This document shows positions 1 to 13,571 of a stretch of DNA of 64,000 nucleotides, one piece after another. Where the stretch lies: positions 11,870 through 75,869 of the forward strand of contig CAXHJY010000726.1 of the NCBI GenBank assembly GCA_964016885.1. Reading direction: 5' to 3'. The stretch comes from Eledone cirrhosa (taxonomy: Eukaryota). Each line of letters opens with the position of its first letter. Positions within the stretch are counted from its first letter, which is position 1. A program made the translations under genes and the position numbers. The notes below the pieces were generated by a model. That model saw nothing but the letters and a program-made list of their open reading frames with translations, had not been told where the DNA came from and did no database searches.

Positions 1-1075
1 CATTCCATGACCTCCACCATATTTCGATTCTTCTAATCTTTATATTTTATTTTATTTTACTTCATATAAATTGACTGTTGTAATCTGCTTATTCTTTTTT
101 CTTTATTTTTTTTCAGTGAACAGAAGAATACCATGTTTAGTACAATGGGAATATAAAAAAAGAGGGATAAGGGAAAAATCACTACTTCCTTGTGGACAAC
201 TGACGTTGCATACCAGGTCCGAACACAGAAGACCGAACTCCCAATGTCATCAACTCCATCTCTCTCGCTCGCCCTCCCCATCTCTCTCTTCATATTATGT
301 TTATATTTTTATCATAATTTTCAATTTCCGATTTTCAATTTTTAATTTTTCTTTTTTTCTATTTTGTTATTCTTGTCATTTTCGTTATCTTTCCAACTTT
401 TCAACTTTCCACTTTTCGATTTTTCATTTTGTCAGTTTTTTCGCCTTATTCCTCATACCGTATACCTTATATTCGCCTGACACCCACACCACTCTGCCAC
501 CATCACTATCACCATCATCATATATAATTCCATAGTATTTATATTTCCATAATCTTCATTGTAGTTAATTTCTTTATATTTCCATAATTTATATCCATAC
601 CTCATATATCTTATAAATTTCACATATTTACTTAACACTAACACCATCCTACCACCTCTTACTCATTCACCCATCATAGCTTCCGCTATCACCATTATCC
701 TACATTCAACCACCCTTAGATATCACAGCTCTATACTTCCTAACCCCATATTCTATAATTTTATATTCCCATAATCTTCATAAGTACCATCTCGTAATTC
801 TTTAATTTTAAACTACATCGCTTTATATTCTTTACTCATTCCCCCTACACCAACAACACCACAGTCAGCACCACTATCCCAATTAATTAATTGTTTCGGT
901 GTGTCTTGCTCTTTGTCAAGATTGTGTATTACCCTGGAACTGCTGAGAATACTTAGTCTTTGCAAATGTATACATCGGCTGATAAGCCTCATTTACATAC
1001 CAAGCGATTTTACGACCGGCTTTGCCAAAATTTAAAAACAAAATATGTTTTCTCTCTAACATGGCGGATTCCTAA

Positions 1076-1375
1076 ATGTATTCATGAGTGAATAATGATA
1101 ATATTATAATAACTCCAAAACAATAACAACAATTATATACTCTTTAGGAGGAAAGATGTGTGTGTGTGTGGATAGAGAGAAAAAGTGGGTGGAGAATCGA
1201 CCGGGGCTGTTGGTGGGCCCCATCGCGTACCAAAACAATTGTAGACTATTTCCTCCCTGTTACCGTTGGAACAACATGATGACGTCAGTCGTCTACAGAA
1301 CACATGGTCTTATGAGGTTGTTCGCTTGCAAACGAACTGAATATTAATATTATTATCATTCACTCACGAATACAT
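1076..1375. mobile_element. ~300 bp element with ~31 bp terminal inverted repeats (MITE-like or PLE foldback)
   Basis: ATGTATTCATGAGTGAATAATGATAATATTA (1076-1106) is the near-exact reverse complement of TAATATTATTATCATTCACTCACGAATACAT (1345-1375). Confidence 0.55.
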
Positions 1376-1383
1376 ATATATTA

Positions 1384-1466
<83 letters not shown>

Positions 1467-1796
1467 TTTCAATTTTCTACTTCATGTGATGTACACAATG
1501 GCAAAAAATTATAAATTAATGTAAACAAAATTCAATAAATTTACTTTATTTATGAATAAAATATTTTCAATGTATTGGCATTTATTGCAAATGTATTATT
1601 TGAGTCAACATACAATGGAGGTTTACACAGTATGCTTGAAGTCGTAGTACTAACATTAAACATTATAACTTAAAGTCCACCACAATAAAATGTTCCCAAT
1701 CATATTTCTGAAAAATTAACCATGAAGAAAGTTTCTACATGTTCACTCAACATGCTAGAAATATGGCCTAAATTTCCCTTAAATTACAACATATTC

Positions 1797-2115
1797 TTAG
1801 CTTCTTATATTATCTGTCCCGTAGTCTGGTGGACAGTTGGAGCGCCACAGATGACCTGGTAGCCAGCTCCTTCCATTCCTCTCGCCTCTCCTCCTTCTTC
1901 GCTGTTGACACAGCCTGATGCTTGCCCATTCCGAGATGTTGTCCTCCCATCTCTCCCTCTGTCTGCTTCTCTTCCTTCCTCCTCGTACTGTTCCCTGCAG
2001 GACAGTCTTGGCAAGCCCTGAAGATCTTGTCACGTGCCCGTACCATCTCAAGTTGCGTTTTTCTTTTTTTCACAATGGTTAACAGGTCTTCGTAGGGCCG
2101 AATAACAACATACAA
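1797..2115 (-). mobile_element. RTE-clade LINE 3' fragment
   Basis: Translates to YEDLLTIVKKRK..RWYGHVTRSSGLAKTVLQGTVRGGRKRSRQRERWEDNISEW, the typical RTE C-terminus; contains frameshifts. Confidence 0.85.
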
Positions 2116-2174
2116 TCTTTAAAAAATAAAACGGGCATGTACGATAATGTAAATTCTGAGATGTTCGCCCTTTT

Positions 2175-2480
2175 GTTGCTTGCAACGACGAGTATCCCAG
2201 TTGGTTCACAAACGAATCTGCCTGTGAAATCAACGTGCAAAGGGATGAGCATTCCACGGAGACGTATAGCCAAAACGCAATTCCCAGGGAGATTCAGCAT
2301 GACATTGTGTATGACAAAATTGAACCTTTAACGTAACAGATACGACGCATTTTTTCCAGCTGAAAGGAGTAGAGTAACGTCAAATAAACTGTCTTGATCA
2401 AAGACTCAACTCTTCTGGATATCAAACTCATGGTCTTATGATCGTGAGCCGAATAACCTAATCACTAAGCCATGCGCCTT
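2175..2480 (-). mobile_element. tRNA-derived SINE, degraded
   Basis: Minus strand begins GGCGCATGGCTTAGTGATTAGG (A-box-like). Its tail resembles those at ~19780-19950 and ~42830-42990. Confidence 0.55.
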
Positions 2481-2559
2481 CATAGTTCCTGATATACAAA
2501 ATGATTGGATATTCTCAGCTGGAATGTGCTTGATTCTGGGTTTCTTTAATTAGTCCTAA

Positions 2560-2870
2560 TTTCTATGCATGGTCCTGTAACTCCTGAGGGAGTCGTTGAG
2601 GCACCGTATTGACATGCGCTGTTTCTTGGGCATATCTAAACCCGGCGGAGCCCATCCTCCTCTAGGTCTGAATACAGCAGATTTCTTCCAGAAAATGATA
2701 GAGAGAGTGAGAGTGAGAAAGAAATATAGAGGAAGAATCGACCGCAGTATTAGGCTGGTACTTTTTTTTATCGACCTCGAAAGGCCGAAATGCGGGATTT
2801 GAACTCGGAGAACAGAGAACCGAAACGAATACCGCAAAGTATTCTATCCGACGTTCTAACGACTGACGTT
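2560..2870 (-). mobile_element. Nin/Deu-domain SINE, long-tail variant
   Basis: B-box GAGTTCAAATCCCG, then GGCCTTTCGAGGTCGATAAAAAAAAGTACCAG. Its GC-rich 3' tail is shared with the copy at 21257-21567. Confidence 0.7.
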
Positions 2871-3240
2871 CTGACGACAATTAGGTCAAACATAAGCAAC
2901 TTTAGCTGGCTGCCCATGGAGTTGTTGGAAAAGGTGTGCTAACATGGAAGAATCTCTTTTTCAATAATATAATTTTTTCATGGAATATCGATACATCCGC
3001 TTGATGAAATTGGCTTTTCCTTTTAATTTCTTATAGGCTAACGTCAATTTATTTGTTAATGTATTATTAATTTGTGATGCATTGCAACTAATTACTAAAG
3101 TCCGTTAATGACTCATTTAAATCGCTATGTCGCTCTCCTTTTCTATTTGTAGCTATTTATCACTATTTAACTCCCTCGCCTGATTTCCTCCGTCTTTATA
3201 TAATCTTACAAATATATTCCCAGTACCCCTTTCCTTTCCC

Positions 3241-3310
<70 letters not shown>
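3241..3310. repeat. (CTAT)n microsatellite at the 5' flank of the Tx1 element
   Basis: Perfect CTAT tandem array. Confidence 0.95.
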
Positions 3311-3525
3311 CTTTATCTGCCTGGCGCGTGGAACACTCGCCGGTAAGCTTTTTTGTTAATTTCTATGCAAAAAACCGAACAAATTGTTTGAAAAATCAAC
3401 ATTTTGTAGATTAACCCCCCAGCTGAATTGTCAGCTGGGTGGTAATCCCATTTTTTGCGCCTTTAGGGGCGAAAATTTAATTTAAAAATTGTTTCAAAAT
3501 ATCAAATTTTGCCAACTATTAAACA

Positions 3526-5411
3526 TGAATAGCTCGGAAAGAACGCTAGAGAACGTCGACAGAGAAAAGAGAAGTAGAGAGGCAGATATTAACGTTATAT
3601 CTGCTTCTGCTACTATGGACGTCGCCATATATACGACTGTCAACAAAGAGAAAAAATATTACCACTTGAAGATTTTTAAATTTCTACCGTCGAAGCGGAG
3701 AAAAATAACAATAACACACAGGAAAACACAGAAATTAAACCTATTAACATACATACACATGAAAAAGACAACATCAACAACTCCATAGATACATCGACAC
3801 ATAAAGTTTCACCTCGTCAAGAAATTGAGATTTACAACACCGAGGCTAACAACGGTAACAACAACAACAACAACAGCAACACCACACAAAAAACATGTCT
3901 TTCGCTGAAACAGTGAACAAAAAACAAGATTTTATAAATCTTGACATCTCCAATGCAAGAGATATGCTCCAGCAAGGGATAAAATTGTAACTTTCGAAGA
4001 CAAGGGTGGGTTTAGAATTAACTCACCCCTCGACATAAAAGAAGAGACAGTTCAAAGGACAGTGACCTTTAGGACTGTCTCCAACACAACGAGAAAGCCG
4101 ATATTTGTTAGTCAAGCAGATATAGAAGCGACCTTCAAGGAGATTCTAGCAAATATTGACTTTCTCGAGGAAAACAGTACGGAAGTGTTTCCGTACTGTT
4201 TAAAAGCGAGGCACTCGCCCCAAAACATTCTGACACCAATGGTGTCAAAAGCATTCACCTTTTTCCCTACGTACATGGGAAAAAGGACACAAAAAGAAAA
4301 AAATATACCACCCAACATTAACATCTGGTGGATCTTGGTTGGCTTCGTAGAGCCAGAGACTGATATGATTCTTTCGATACGAAAGTCTATTAGACAAAGA
4401 TGGGCGGGTACTGATTTGGAGATTCTGATTCAAATGAGGCCGGAGAGAATCTCCAAAATACCCGAAAAAGTCGTCATCGACGACAACAACAAAATAAACA
4501 TTACGGTGGAGGGTCGAAAAATTCATTGCTTTCGCTGTGGTAGCACAGCACACCTAAAGGCCCCCTGTCCTTTACAAACACACCACAACATCATTAAAAA
4601 AACACTATTACCAACACCAACACCAAAACAACCACCACCACAAGTGCAACAACAGACGAAACGAGCAAACACACTAAAACAAACAGCTACTCAACCAACA
4701 ACAACAGAAAAAACACAGACAACACCCCTGAAGAAAACAGCCCCACCCCATCCCACTCCATCAAACACTACCACAAACACACACACCGAAACACCACCAC
4801 CACACAACATACCCCTACCCCACACACCTGACGATGATTATTCAACGACAGATGAGGCTGCTTCTCCTTCTTTAAGTGAAGAAGAAGAAGAGCTTCGGAA
4901 ATCTAAAAAAACAAAAAAAAAGACACCACAAACCCCCCAAAACTCCAATCACCAACACCAACACACAACCACAGACACAAACAACACCACAGTCAAACAT
5001 CCCCCTACCAGAAAAACCAACACCAACACCACCCCAAACACAAGCACCCACCATAAAAAGAAAACTCCCGGACGAACAACAAACTAAAACAACACAACAA
5101 AAACACAAACAACAATATGCATACATCAACACAAACAACAAGAGTTTGATGGAGGTCATCTCCCAAAACCCCAAGGTGGAGACGGAGGGCAAAATTTCGT
5201 CAAAGCAGAATCGTCTCCACACCTTAAACTTATAAGGGTTTCTATGGAGACCTATAGTGACCTAAAAAATAAATGTTCACAGGACGTGGGCAACCCCTGC
5301 CAGAAACCCATCAACCGCGTCCTATTAAAATGTTTCCCCACTACACCCAACACCTCACCCAGCACCCAAATGGAGATTGAACAACCCGATCTCCAGGAAA
5401 CGAAAAGGTAA
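3526..5411 (+). pseudogene. Tx1 ORF1 (gag-like, CCHC zinc knuckle), disrupted
   Basis: CFRCGSTAHLKAPC zinc knuckle in ORF 4062-5087, followed by a Pro/Thr-rich region. Broken into several frames by stops and frameshifts. Confidence 0.8.
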
Positions 5412-5453
5412 GTGCACCTTTTCGTCCCTTTTCTCCAACTTTTCTTCAACAAC

Positions 5454-8400
5454 ATGGCTAGTTTACGAGTTGGAAGCGTGAATGTGCGTGGCCTAGGGAT
5501 GCCCTGGAAACAGGGCTAACTTTTAAACGACCTTAGGTCACACGGTATGGATGTGATAACCATCACCGAGTCCAGGATCCACAACAGGCAGCAACTAACC
5601 CCCATCTTCAACGACTTTGAGATCTACGCATCTCTCTGTCAGCCAGGAGGTGGAGGGGGAGTGGGTGTCATGTTTCGGAAGAACCTGGACGTCGAAGTAC
5701 AGCAAGTACACTTGGACCCGGAGGGTAGACTGGTAGTCCTAGACGTGAACAGTATTGGAGGTGGAGCCTTCAGATTGGTGGCCGTTTATGCCCCGACCGG
5801 GCAATCGCAATCACGGCCAGACTTCTTTAAGCGTCTAGAGTCTTTTCTGGGAACATCTCGCTCCTTACTTTTAGTGGGGGACTGGAATGGTATCTTAGAT
5901 GCACGATGGGACTATGTGGGAGCATGATCCAGTAGAGGGAGGGGGGTGCAACAGCCTCAAAACTTTAATCGGCCAATTCCAACTGGCTGATAGGTATCGA
6001 CTGGGTTTTCCGACTGCACCACAGTGGACGTGGGCAAACCGCAGCGGGACATCTAGATCGTATTTAGATAGGTTCTTCATTAGAGAAAGGGACAAGGAGA
6101 TGTTAAGCTGTCCACGAATGCACATGGTTGCCTACTCAGATCACAAATTAGTCGTCTGCTTAGTCAACCGTGATAGAATACATAGACAGGGACCCGGATA
6201 CGTGTCATTGCCGGCACGTAAAGATTACAGTGAACGGATAAGTAGACTAGTCAAGCAACAGTTAACAGGAGCCATCGTCAACAATAGATGGTGGTACTCT
6301 CTCAAGAAAGCAATTAGAGTAGAATCGATAGAGTTTAGCAGAGAGTTAGCCTTAGAGAAAAACAAAATAGAAAGAGAACTAGTAGCCAAAGTAGAGGAGG
6401 CACTTAGAAGTGGCAACGCGGCTTGAGTGTTAGCGTCGAGAACGGCACTGGACCAGTTCTTCGATGCGAAACACGAAGGCTGCGTGGTCAGAAGCAAAAC
6501 ACATGCTCTAGGAAACGAAGGAGCGAAAGCTGTCAGCTGGGCCCGAGTGGAGGAGGCAAAAGGTGGCAACAAGTCTATGATTCGGTCTTTGAAAGACCAA
6601 AACGGACGCGTGGTACTTGACCCCAAACAAATGTGCGCGGCCTTTCAGCAGCACTTTGCGCGACTGTTTGAGCAGAACGACGGTGAACCGAACGGGGTAA
6701 TGGACTTTAATTCATACTTCGACGGCCTGTCGCGTCTCTCGAACACGGACGCCGAGTTCTGCGAAAGACCGATCACGGACACTGAGATACGGGACGCTCT
6801 GGGCCGCTGCGGGAAACGCAAGTCAACAGGTCTAGATGGTATACCTCCACCTCATGCGATACATCATAGAGAGGGTGGGTAGTAAACCCGGCTTCGGTGG
6901 GGCTCTGATCAATTTGGATCAGTCTAAGGCATTCGATAGGGTCGACCATCGATACTTGGAAGCGGTTCTCAAGGCGGCCGGTTTCGGTCCCGTTTTCAGA
7001 GGCTGGATCGAGGCGATGCACACCAGCATCTGCTCGAGGGTTAAGGTGAATGGCTACCTATCGGAGCCGTTCGCAATCACGCGTTCCATTCGACAGGGGT
7101 GCCCTCTCTCCTCCATTCTGTATGTATTGACTCTAGAGCCACTACTGCGGAAATTGAAGCTGTTGCAGGGCATCTCTCTAGAACCGGGACTGCGCAAAGT
7201 GGTGTCGGCTTATGCCGACGACGTAACGGTAATGGTGTCGAGCACCTCGGAAATCGGGGTGATCGGCAACTTACTAATAGAATACGAAACGCTGACGGGA
7301 GCAAAACTAAATCCGGACAAATCTGTCGGTTTGCAACTCAGTACGTGGAGAGGTAAACCGATGACGTCCGACAGCGTCGTTGGACGCTGGACGGACAGGT
7401 CGGTGAAATTTCTCCGGGTCTGGTTCGGTCCAGACCTCCAGGTGGAGAAAAACTGGAATGAGGTCACGGCCAAGGTGTTTGCGCTCACCCAGAGAAGTGG
7501 GGAGAGTGCAAACTGTCATTGAAAGGCCGAGCGGAGGTGGCGAACACCTTCATAGCGTCCGTCATCTACTACCGCTTGACTGTCGTGCCTTGTCCCCGTG
7601 AACACCTCACCAAGATGGAACGCATGCTCCTCCAGTTTCTGTGGAAGAAGCAGGCTCCGCTGGTGAGGAGATCCGTCTTCTGTCAGCACCCTTTCAACGG
7701 AGGGCTGGGAATGTCGTGGCTGATGATGCGCAAACATCCGCTGAGGCTGCGGCATCTCCATGTATTCCTCACCGACCCCCAAACAGTGTGGGCACCGTTT
7801 GTGAGACAGGCTTTCCCACAGCTCGTCTCGCTGACGGAGCTGCAGTCCTGGGTCAAGAAAAGACCGAAAACGATGGGCGCCTGGCACATTGAATCTGCTC
7901 AGGCGCTCACAGTCCTCTGGCATGCGGGCGCAGCAATCAGTGGAGACTCCACTTCGACATTCTATAGAGGGATTGTACGTTACAAGGGCGACGACGTGCT
8001 CGGAGAGACTCTGGGCGTCGAAGACGATGAGCTCACCAGTCTGTTTGGTAGGACTTTCCGTCCGGAACCTATGGACAAATTCCAGAGATCCCTGGCCTAG
8101 CAGTGCTACTGAGGAGCTCTACCGGTTCGTGACAAGATCTACAGGCACGGACGCAGGGATCCTTCCAAGAGGACGTGTCCAAGATGCGCGCAGGACATTG
8201 AAACAGTCCTGCACGCAATTGTACACTTTCCGGGCGTAACCGACCTGTGGAACTATGCAGAACAACTGCTGTCGCGTATAGAACAAATCTAGTTGACTGT
8301 CGAGTCCATAGTAAGGAGCAAACCTCCAGCCTCTTTCAAAAACGAAAGAGAGGCGATTTTCCTCTGTTCAGTGGCTATGGTGAAAGAAGTTATATGGTGG

Positions 8401-8592
8401 ACGAGGTTCAGAGGACTGAGGACAGATGCCTTTCTCTCCAGACAACAATTGATTCCCTTCTTTAAGTATCACTTTAGAAGGAGAATCAGAGTGGAGCGAG
8501 AGGCACTGCACTCCAGTAAATTTACTGAAAGGTGGGTGAATGAAGCGTAAATGGCTCGAGTGATTGGGCCTTCTCTGTTTATAAGCCTGTAG
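5454..8592 (+). pseudogene. Tx1 ORF2 (AP endonuclease + reverse transcriptase), disrupted
   Basis: APE motifs MASLRVGSVNVRGL, VYAP, GDWN, SYLDRFF, SDH. RT motifs LDQSKAFDRVDH, RQGCPLS, AYADD, GGLG. C-terminal CPRC..ETVLH. Premature stops (e.g. TAA at 5517), frameshifts and an internal deletion near 6845. Confidence 0.93.
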
Positions 8593-8826
8593 GTTGAGGA
8601 AGAGAGCAAAAGGAAGAAAGGAGCGCTTGCACAACACGCTCCTGGAGTTGAGGGTTGTTCTATCGACGGGGTATTAAACAACCCATTTGTGGCGCCTCCC
8701 TCCTATTGGGGATTTCGATTGTTGAAATTGTTTGTTTTTATATTTTTTACACGACTGTATGTAAAATCCCCGGCATGTCTTTGTATTGTCCCCTTTTCTT
8801 GTTGCGCCCTTGTGGCTAATAAAGAA

Positions 8827-8883
<57 letters not shown>

Positions 8884-8912
8884 GCTATATATCTACCTAT
8901 CTAGCTATCTAT
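8827..8912. repeat. (ATCT)n microsatellite at the 3' flank of the Tx1 element
   Basis: Tandem ATCT array. Confidence 0.95.
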
Positions 8913-9325
8913 CCCCACTCAAAACAATGCCTATTCCTCCGGTAGCCTTGAAAATCTTTAATCTATTGGAAAACGGCTTTAGACGGGATGCAGTTTTTAA
9001 AGCAAAGGTGAAGACAATCCGTCTAAGAGCTTGTTTGTTCCAAAATGTAAAAGAATAAATAAAATCACATCTTTTCCTTTGTGTGATTAGTTTATCACCA
9101 CCATCAAGCCTTTGATGCCTTTATAGAAATTCACTATATTGTAAACATTCGGTCCAAATACATTAATTCTGATTACTTTTTCTTTGCGTTGTGACAGGTG
9201 GAAAAGTTTTCAATTTCTTTCTGAAAGTTGAAACCTATGACCCACTCTTCTCGCCTGAATATCATCAACAAACATTCTAATTTAGTCTCAATTCTGACTA
9301 TCTCCAGTTGTTTAACTGTCTCTTT

Positions 9326-9514
9326 CAGATCTGTCGACTCTCCCCGTCGGACGGGGAGATTTCCCACCTACATTGGTGTGAGATGTCTTCTCTTGTGAAA
9401 ATGGGTATAGCTTTCATTATGTAAAATCTCCCCATTTTGCGTCATTTCTTCCCGTTTTGGGACACTCTTTTTCATGGTACTCCCAGTTTGGGGTTTTAGA
9501 GGTTAGCAGGTCTG
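9326..9514. mobile_element. Short TIR element (hAT-like MITE)
   Basis: Starts CAGATCTGTCGACTCTC and ends GAGGTTAGCAGGTCTG (reverse complement CAGACCTGCTAACCTC). No clean 8-bp TSD. Confidence 0.5.
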
Positions 9515-12230
9515 CTCTTGTCCAATATAAAATATATTTATCATTTTCAATAACTTTAATAAGAGGCTAAGTCGTTTTCTGTTCCGAATTGTTTACACCA
9601 GTTAGTATCATCACTTATACACATCCCTGACCGATACATCAATTTTGCAAACATGATTGATTCTCTTCTTACTTAATCATTAATCGCCCACCATAATCTT
9701 TTTCTTCTTCAGAACATCTGGTTATAGTGATTACTGCATGGCCTAGAGGGTGAAACATAACATAGGTGACGAGAGGAAGTGAGACGAGTGAGGTTGAATG
9801 CACCAGGATTGATAAGGTGACAAGAGATGGCCAGATACGAAGATCAGAGACAATTATAGTAGCTGTAGAAACATTCGAGTGAACAGACTCCTCTTGTATG
9901 GGGAGGCTGGAGTGTGTTGGCAATCAACTGAATACCAATCAATTGAGTGTCTCTTTTTAAAAATCCGGTCTAGGATTCTATGAATACGCCATCAACACCG
10001 TCTTAGATGTGGGAGTTTGTTTTTATTTTCGTTTTCCTTCAGTATATTTTCTTTGTTATTCCTTTGCTTCGTTGCTTCATCGGACATTTTATATTTCCAT
10101 TGTATTGATGTGTTTCTATCGGTGTGTTGGTATTGGTGGATTTTATCAAAGGATAACTATTTCAACTTTATGGTGGGTGTTGTATTTTATGTAGCCACGA
10201 TTTAACCTTCAACGATTATATTGTTGAATGCAGTAACGACAATCTTTATGTTGATTATTATGTTGTTGAAATCTTTGAACTGTAATTCTGTATTTTGGTG
10301 AAAGTCATTCCACCAACTCCATTTGATGATAGTGAATTGTTTTGATCTTGATCATTGATGTGTGTTGCTATTGTTGTTTGGCTCCAGTTCAGACCTGATC
10401 AAGTAGATTTATTATCAAACGTATCCCCAGACATGACAATCCTGTCTTTTTCCGCGAAATTACATTGAACATTCCGTTGAGATAGTCTGTGCCTTTCACC
10501 TTTTGGGGATCGATGTAAGTGCCAGTCGGGAAGATTTAATGTTCTTATAAAATATCCTAGATCTAAACGGAATTGTAATATAAGATTAAGAGACAACTCT
10601 AAGCCTTTCCGATAGAAAAAAAAGACAAAACAAAAAAAAAAAATGAAAATGCCACATTTATTGTAGAACTGAGAAACAAAAGGACATTCTTCTCTTTTGT
10701 GTAGTTGTATATATTTTCTTTGTAGTTGGTCTATCGAAAATGATAGAAAAGAAAAAACTATGTATTACAAACAATTTTCGTCTGATTTGTTTCCCTACGG
10801 CCTTCCGTAGAATGTGATAATTTACACACATCTCTTAAAATAGATAAAGAGTGTTATTCACACACACTGAAAGAAATTGTATGTACTTGGATTTTTATAA
10901 TTCGAGCATATAAATTGAGTAATTGCTAATATAGTATAATATTTCATTGTTCTAATTGAGAGTATGTTTTTATGCAAAGCATTAAAATTGTTGTACCAAT
11001 AACAATATCTATGTGAGTGCCCTCTGTTTGGGTTTTTAGTGCATCATTTGCATCAGGGATTATTGGTAAACAAGTCGATATTTCTATATATCATTGTAAA
11101 CATTGTGTACATACAATGTATACATTGTATACATACGCGCACACACATATATTTATTTATAAAATATGTCGATTGATTTAGCAGAATCTTTAGAGCATTG
11201 GGTATTTGTACCGGGTTTCATCCTTTCTGGGGCGATAAAGAAACTACGAGCTCAGTGCTGGTGCAGCCTTCTTTCCTTCTAGCTGTCACATCCTCAATGT
11301 TCTGCTTCTGCTGAATCAAGGGACGAGGTGTGGAAGAAGGTATCTGTGTCTGCTTGCGATCTCATGGCCACCTAAAACCTTTAGCGAAAGCATGGTACAT
11401 ACTACCAAGTAATATTCGATTGCAAGAGACGGCTATAGTAGTATATATATAACGTAAATTATAGTTGACTTATCAATTTTATAATTTCATTTGCTACAAA
11501 ATAAAATTCTTTAATGATCTTGTTCATCAACCTGAATAATACTCTAATTCAGCGGCAGCATTGTGAAATTGACGTGTGATTCTTTGGTTTTGTGTGTCCT
11601 TTTCAGCAGAGGGATCATCTCCACAAAGTTGATTTGCTCTACATAGCATTAGATGAAGGCGAAGTCTTTACTAGTGTGATGTTTCTTCGACGCCATGTTT
11701 ATACGATCATTCACCATGTTTTGCAACTCGTGTTGAAACGAGGCTTTTAATTGTATTAGCTACTGCATAAATAGCTTAGCAGGCCGTACGAAATAGCTCA
11801 ATTCAATTCCACAAATTTAACTTTTTGTATTCCAGTCAGAATCACTTAACATCAATGTAGCTCTGCTATTTGTATCAATCAGCTAGTTAGTTCTGAGAGT
11901 CGATGTACAGATATGTGTTCATTGAATTAGTTTACAATAGCCAAATAAAGATTATGAATGCCATTTTAAAATTAAAACCACAACCTTCCCACTATACAGC
12001 CGTTGTTGTTGCTAATATCCCGGTCAAGCCTATCTTTTTAGAGGCATCGATATTATCTAATGCTTCTTTTCTTTATTCATTTGTTTCAGGGGAAATATAT
12101 TGTTAGTGATACCAGGAATTAAATTTTACAAAAGCTAGATATATAAAAGTAACAAGAGAAAGGAATACCAAGAACAGAAAAAAAAAACGTTTAAAAAAGA
12201 AGTTGAATCATTTTTTATTTACGCAAATTG

Positions 12231-12392
12231 AGGTGAAGCTCTGTGGTTAAAAAGTTTGCTTTACAACCACAAAGTTCGGTTTTGATCCCACTGAGACGCA
12301 AGTTGGGTGTCATCTGTCACACCCTAGTGTTGACCAAAACTTTGTGAATGGAATTTGGTAGACAAAAACTACGTGGAAGCTCGTCGTATATA
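12231..12392 (+). mobile_element. tRNA-derived SINE (octopus-type), degraded
   Basis: GTGGTTAAAAAG...GATCCCACTG...GACCAAAACTTTGTGAATGGAATTTGGTAGAC...GAAGCTCGTCGTATATA. Related relics at ~37740-37835 and ~38700-38850. Confidence 0.6.
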
Positions 12393-12630
12393 TGCATATA
12401 GGTTGTATATTGACTAAGTATATAACATTAGCATGACACTAAAAAAGCGATGTTTCACGAACGAAGTCTTTTGGAATATTTGTTTTATATCACGTTAGGA
12501 ACTCAGTTGTCATTCCTACCAACAAAAATGTAGTGAACCAGTGATTACCCTGTTGGAAATCCGTAATCAACCTCGATATTGTTCACTAATTACGAAATAA
12601 AATATATAAATAATACATGAAATTAAAATA

Positions 12631-12795
12631 CCGTATTTCCCGGCGTCGAAGACGCTACTTTAAAAAAAAAAAAGTCTCAAAAATCTACCATGCGTCCTGG
12701 AGGCCTAAGGTTGTTTATTATATTTTCAAATTTTTGGTTGTCAAAATTAGGGTGCGTCCTCGTGGACGAAGCGTCTTCGACGCTGCGAAATACGA
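12631..12795. mobile_element. Tc1/mariner (pogo-like) MITE
   Basis: TA|CCGTATTTCCCGGCGTCGAAGACGC pairs with GCGTCTTCGACGCTGCGAAATACG as ~24 bp TIRs. Confidence 0.75.
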
Positions 12796-13299
12796 GCTTC
12801 TAGAAATTAAGTGCATGAAGGTGAGATGAGTGTTATAGAAGTGTAGTTTTCTACTGTAATTATGGTCTACCTTCACAACCATTGTAATGCTGTTATCATT
12901 CATGTATAGTTCTCCATCATTGGCTGGGGGTACTCTTTGTATGAAATATTAGCCAATGTTAGCTTTTCTGGATGCTAAACTGTAGTCTGCTTTAATATGG
13001 AAATCACATCTCAGGGACATAAAATGTGGATCATAATGGCATTCAATATTATCCATTTTTTTTGTATTGGAAAAGATTGTATAGAAACCACTTAAAGTAT
13101 ATTTCTTAATTTAAAGTTGTAACCTTTCGTCTAGCATCTATGTTGTTGATCCCTAAATCAACCCTGAGTTACTTTATTTAAGACGGTAGGGTGTTATTTG
13201 ATGGTAATTTGACTGTTATTCCTTGGTCTAGCAACCAGGTAGAGGCTCACTGGCTGGTTCCTGATCGTCTGTATTTTGTGATGCATATGTAGCTGTACG

Positions 13300-13571
13300 G
13301 AAGCTTCCAGAACGTCAGCTCGAAAGTAGCACAGAAGAGAATGAGGTTAGCTAGACATGCTCACCAACATTCAGAGTTGACACTGCACTCAGTGGTCCCG
13401 TGGGAGCCCCTACATGGACACACTAGAAGAGGGAGACCGAAGATGACATATATTGATGCCCTAATGACAGACATTGGTCTCTGGGAGTTGCAGGACATGG
13501 CAGCGACGATGAAGGACAGAGACTACTGGAGAGAGCTCGTCCATGGATCTCGGGAATTTTACCCGCCCTAG
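13300..13571 (+). mobile_element. RTE-clade LINE 3' fragment
   Basis: RMRLARHAHQHSELTLHSVVPWEPLHGHTRRGRPKMTYIDAL...MKDRDYWRELV. Confidence 0.8.

Larger units (their letters stand above)
3320..8826 (+). mobile_element. Near full-length Tx1/L1-clade non-LTR retrotransposon inserted in (TATC)n; inactivated
   Basis: 5' UTR, ORF1 with a gag knuckle, and ORF2 with APE, RT and a C-terminal Cys/His motif. The 3' end GTGGCTAATAAAGAA is followed directly by (ATCT)n, and (CTAT)n also lies at the 5' side. Confidence 0.93.

Noticed and set aside
975-1020. Hammerhead-like CGG-CTGATAA-GC..GC-GATT..CCG at the end of a PLE-like 3' UTR
   Set aside because: Both core segments deviate and stem II is only 2 bp; cannot be supported.
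9950-10400. Possible degraded AP-endonuclease relic on the minus strand
   Set aside because: Only a GVGG-like motif is visible; insufficient evidence.
11560-11760. Possible host exon
   Set aside because: No recognisable protein motif or convincing splice-site pair; short exons elsewhere in the window cannot be excluded by eye.
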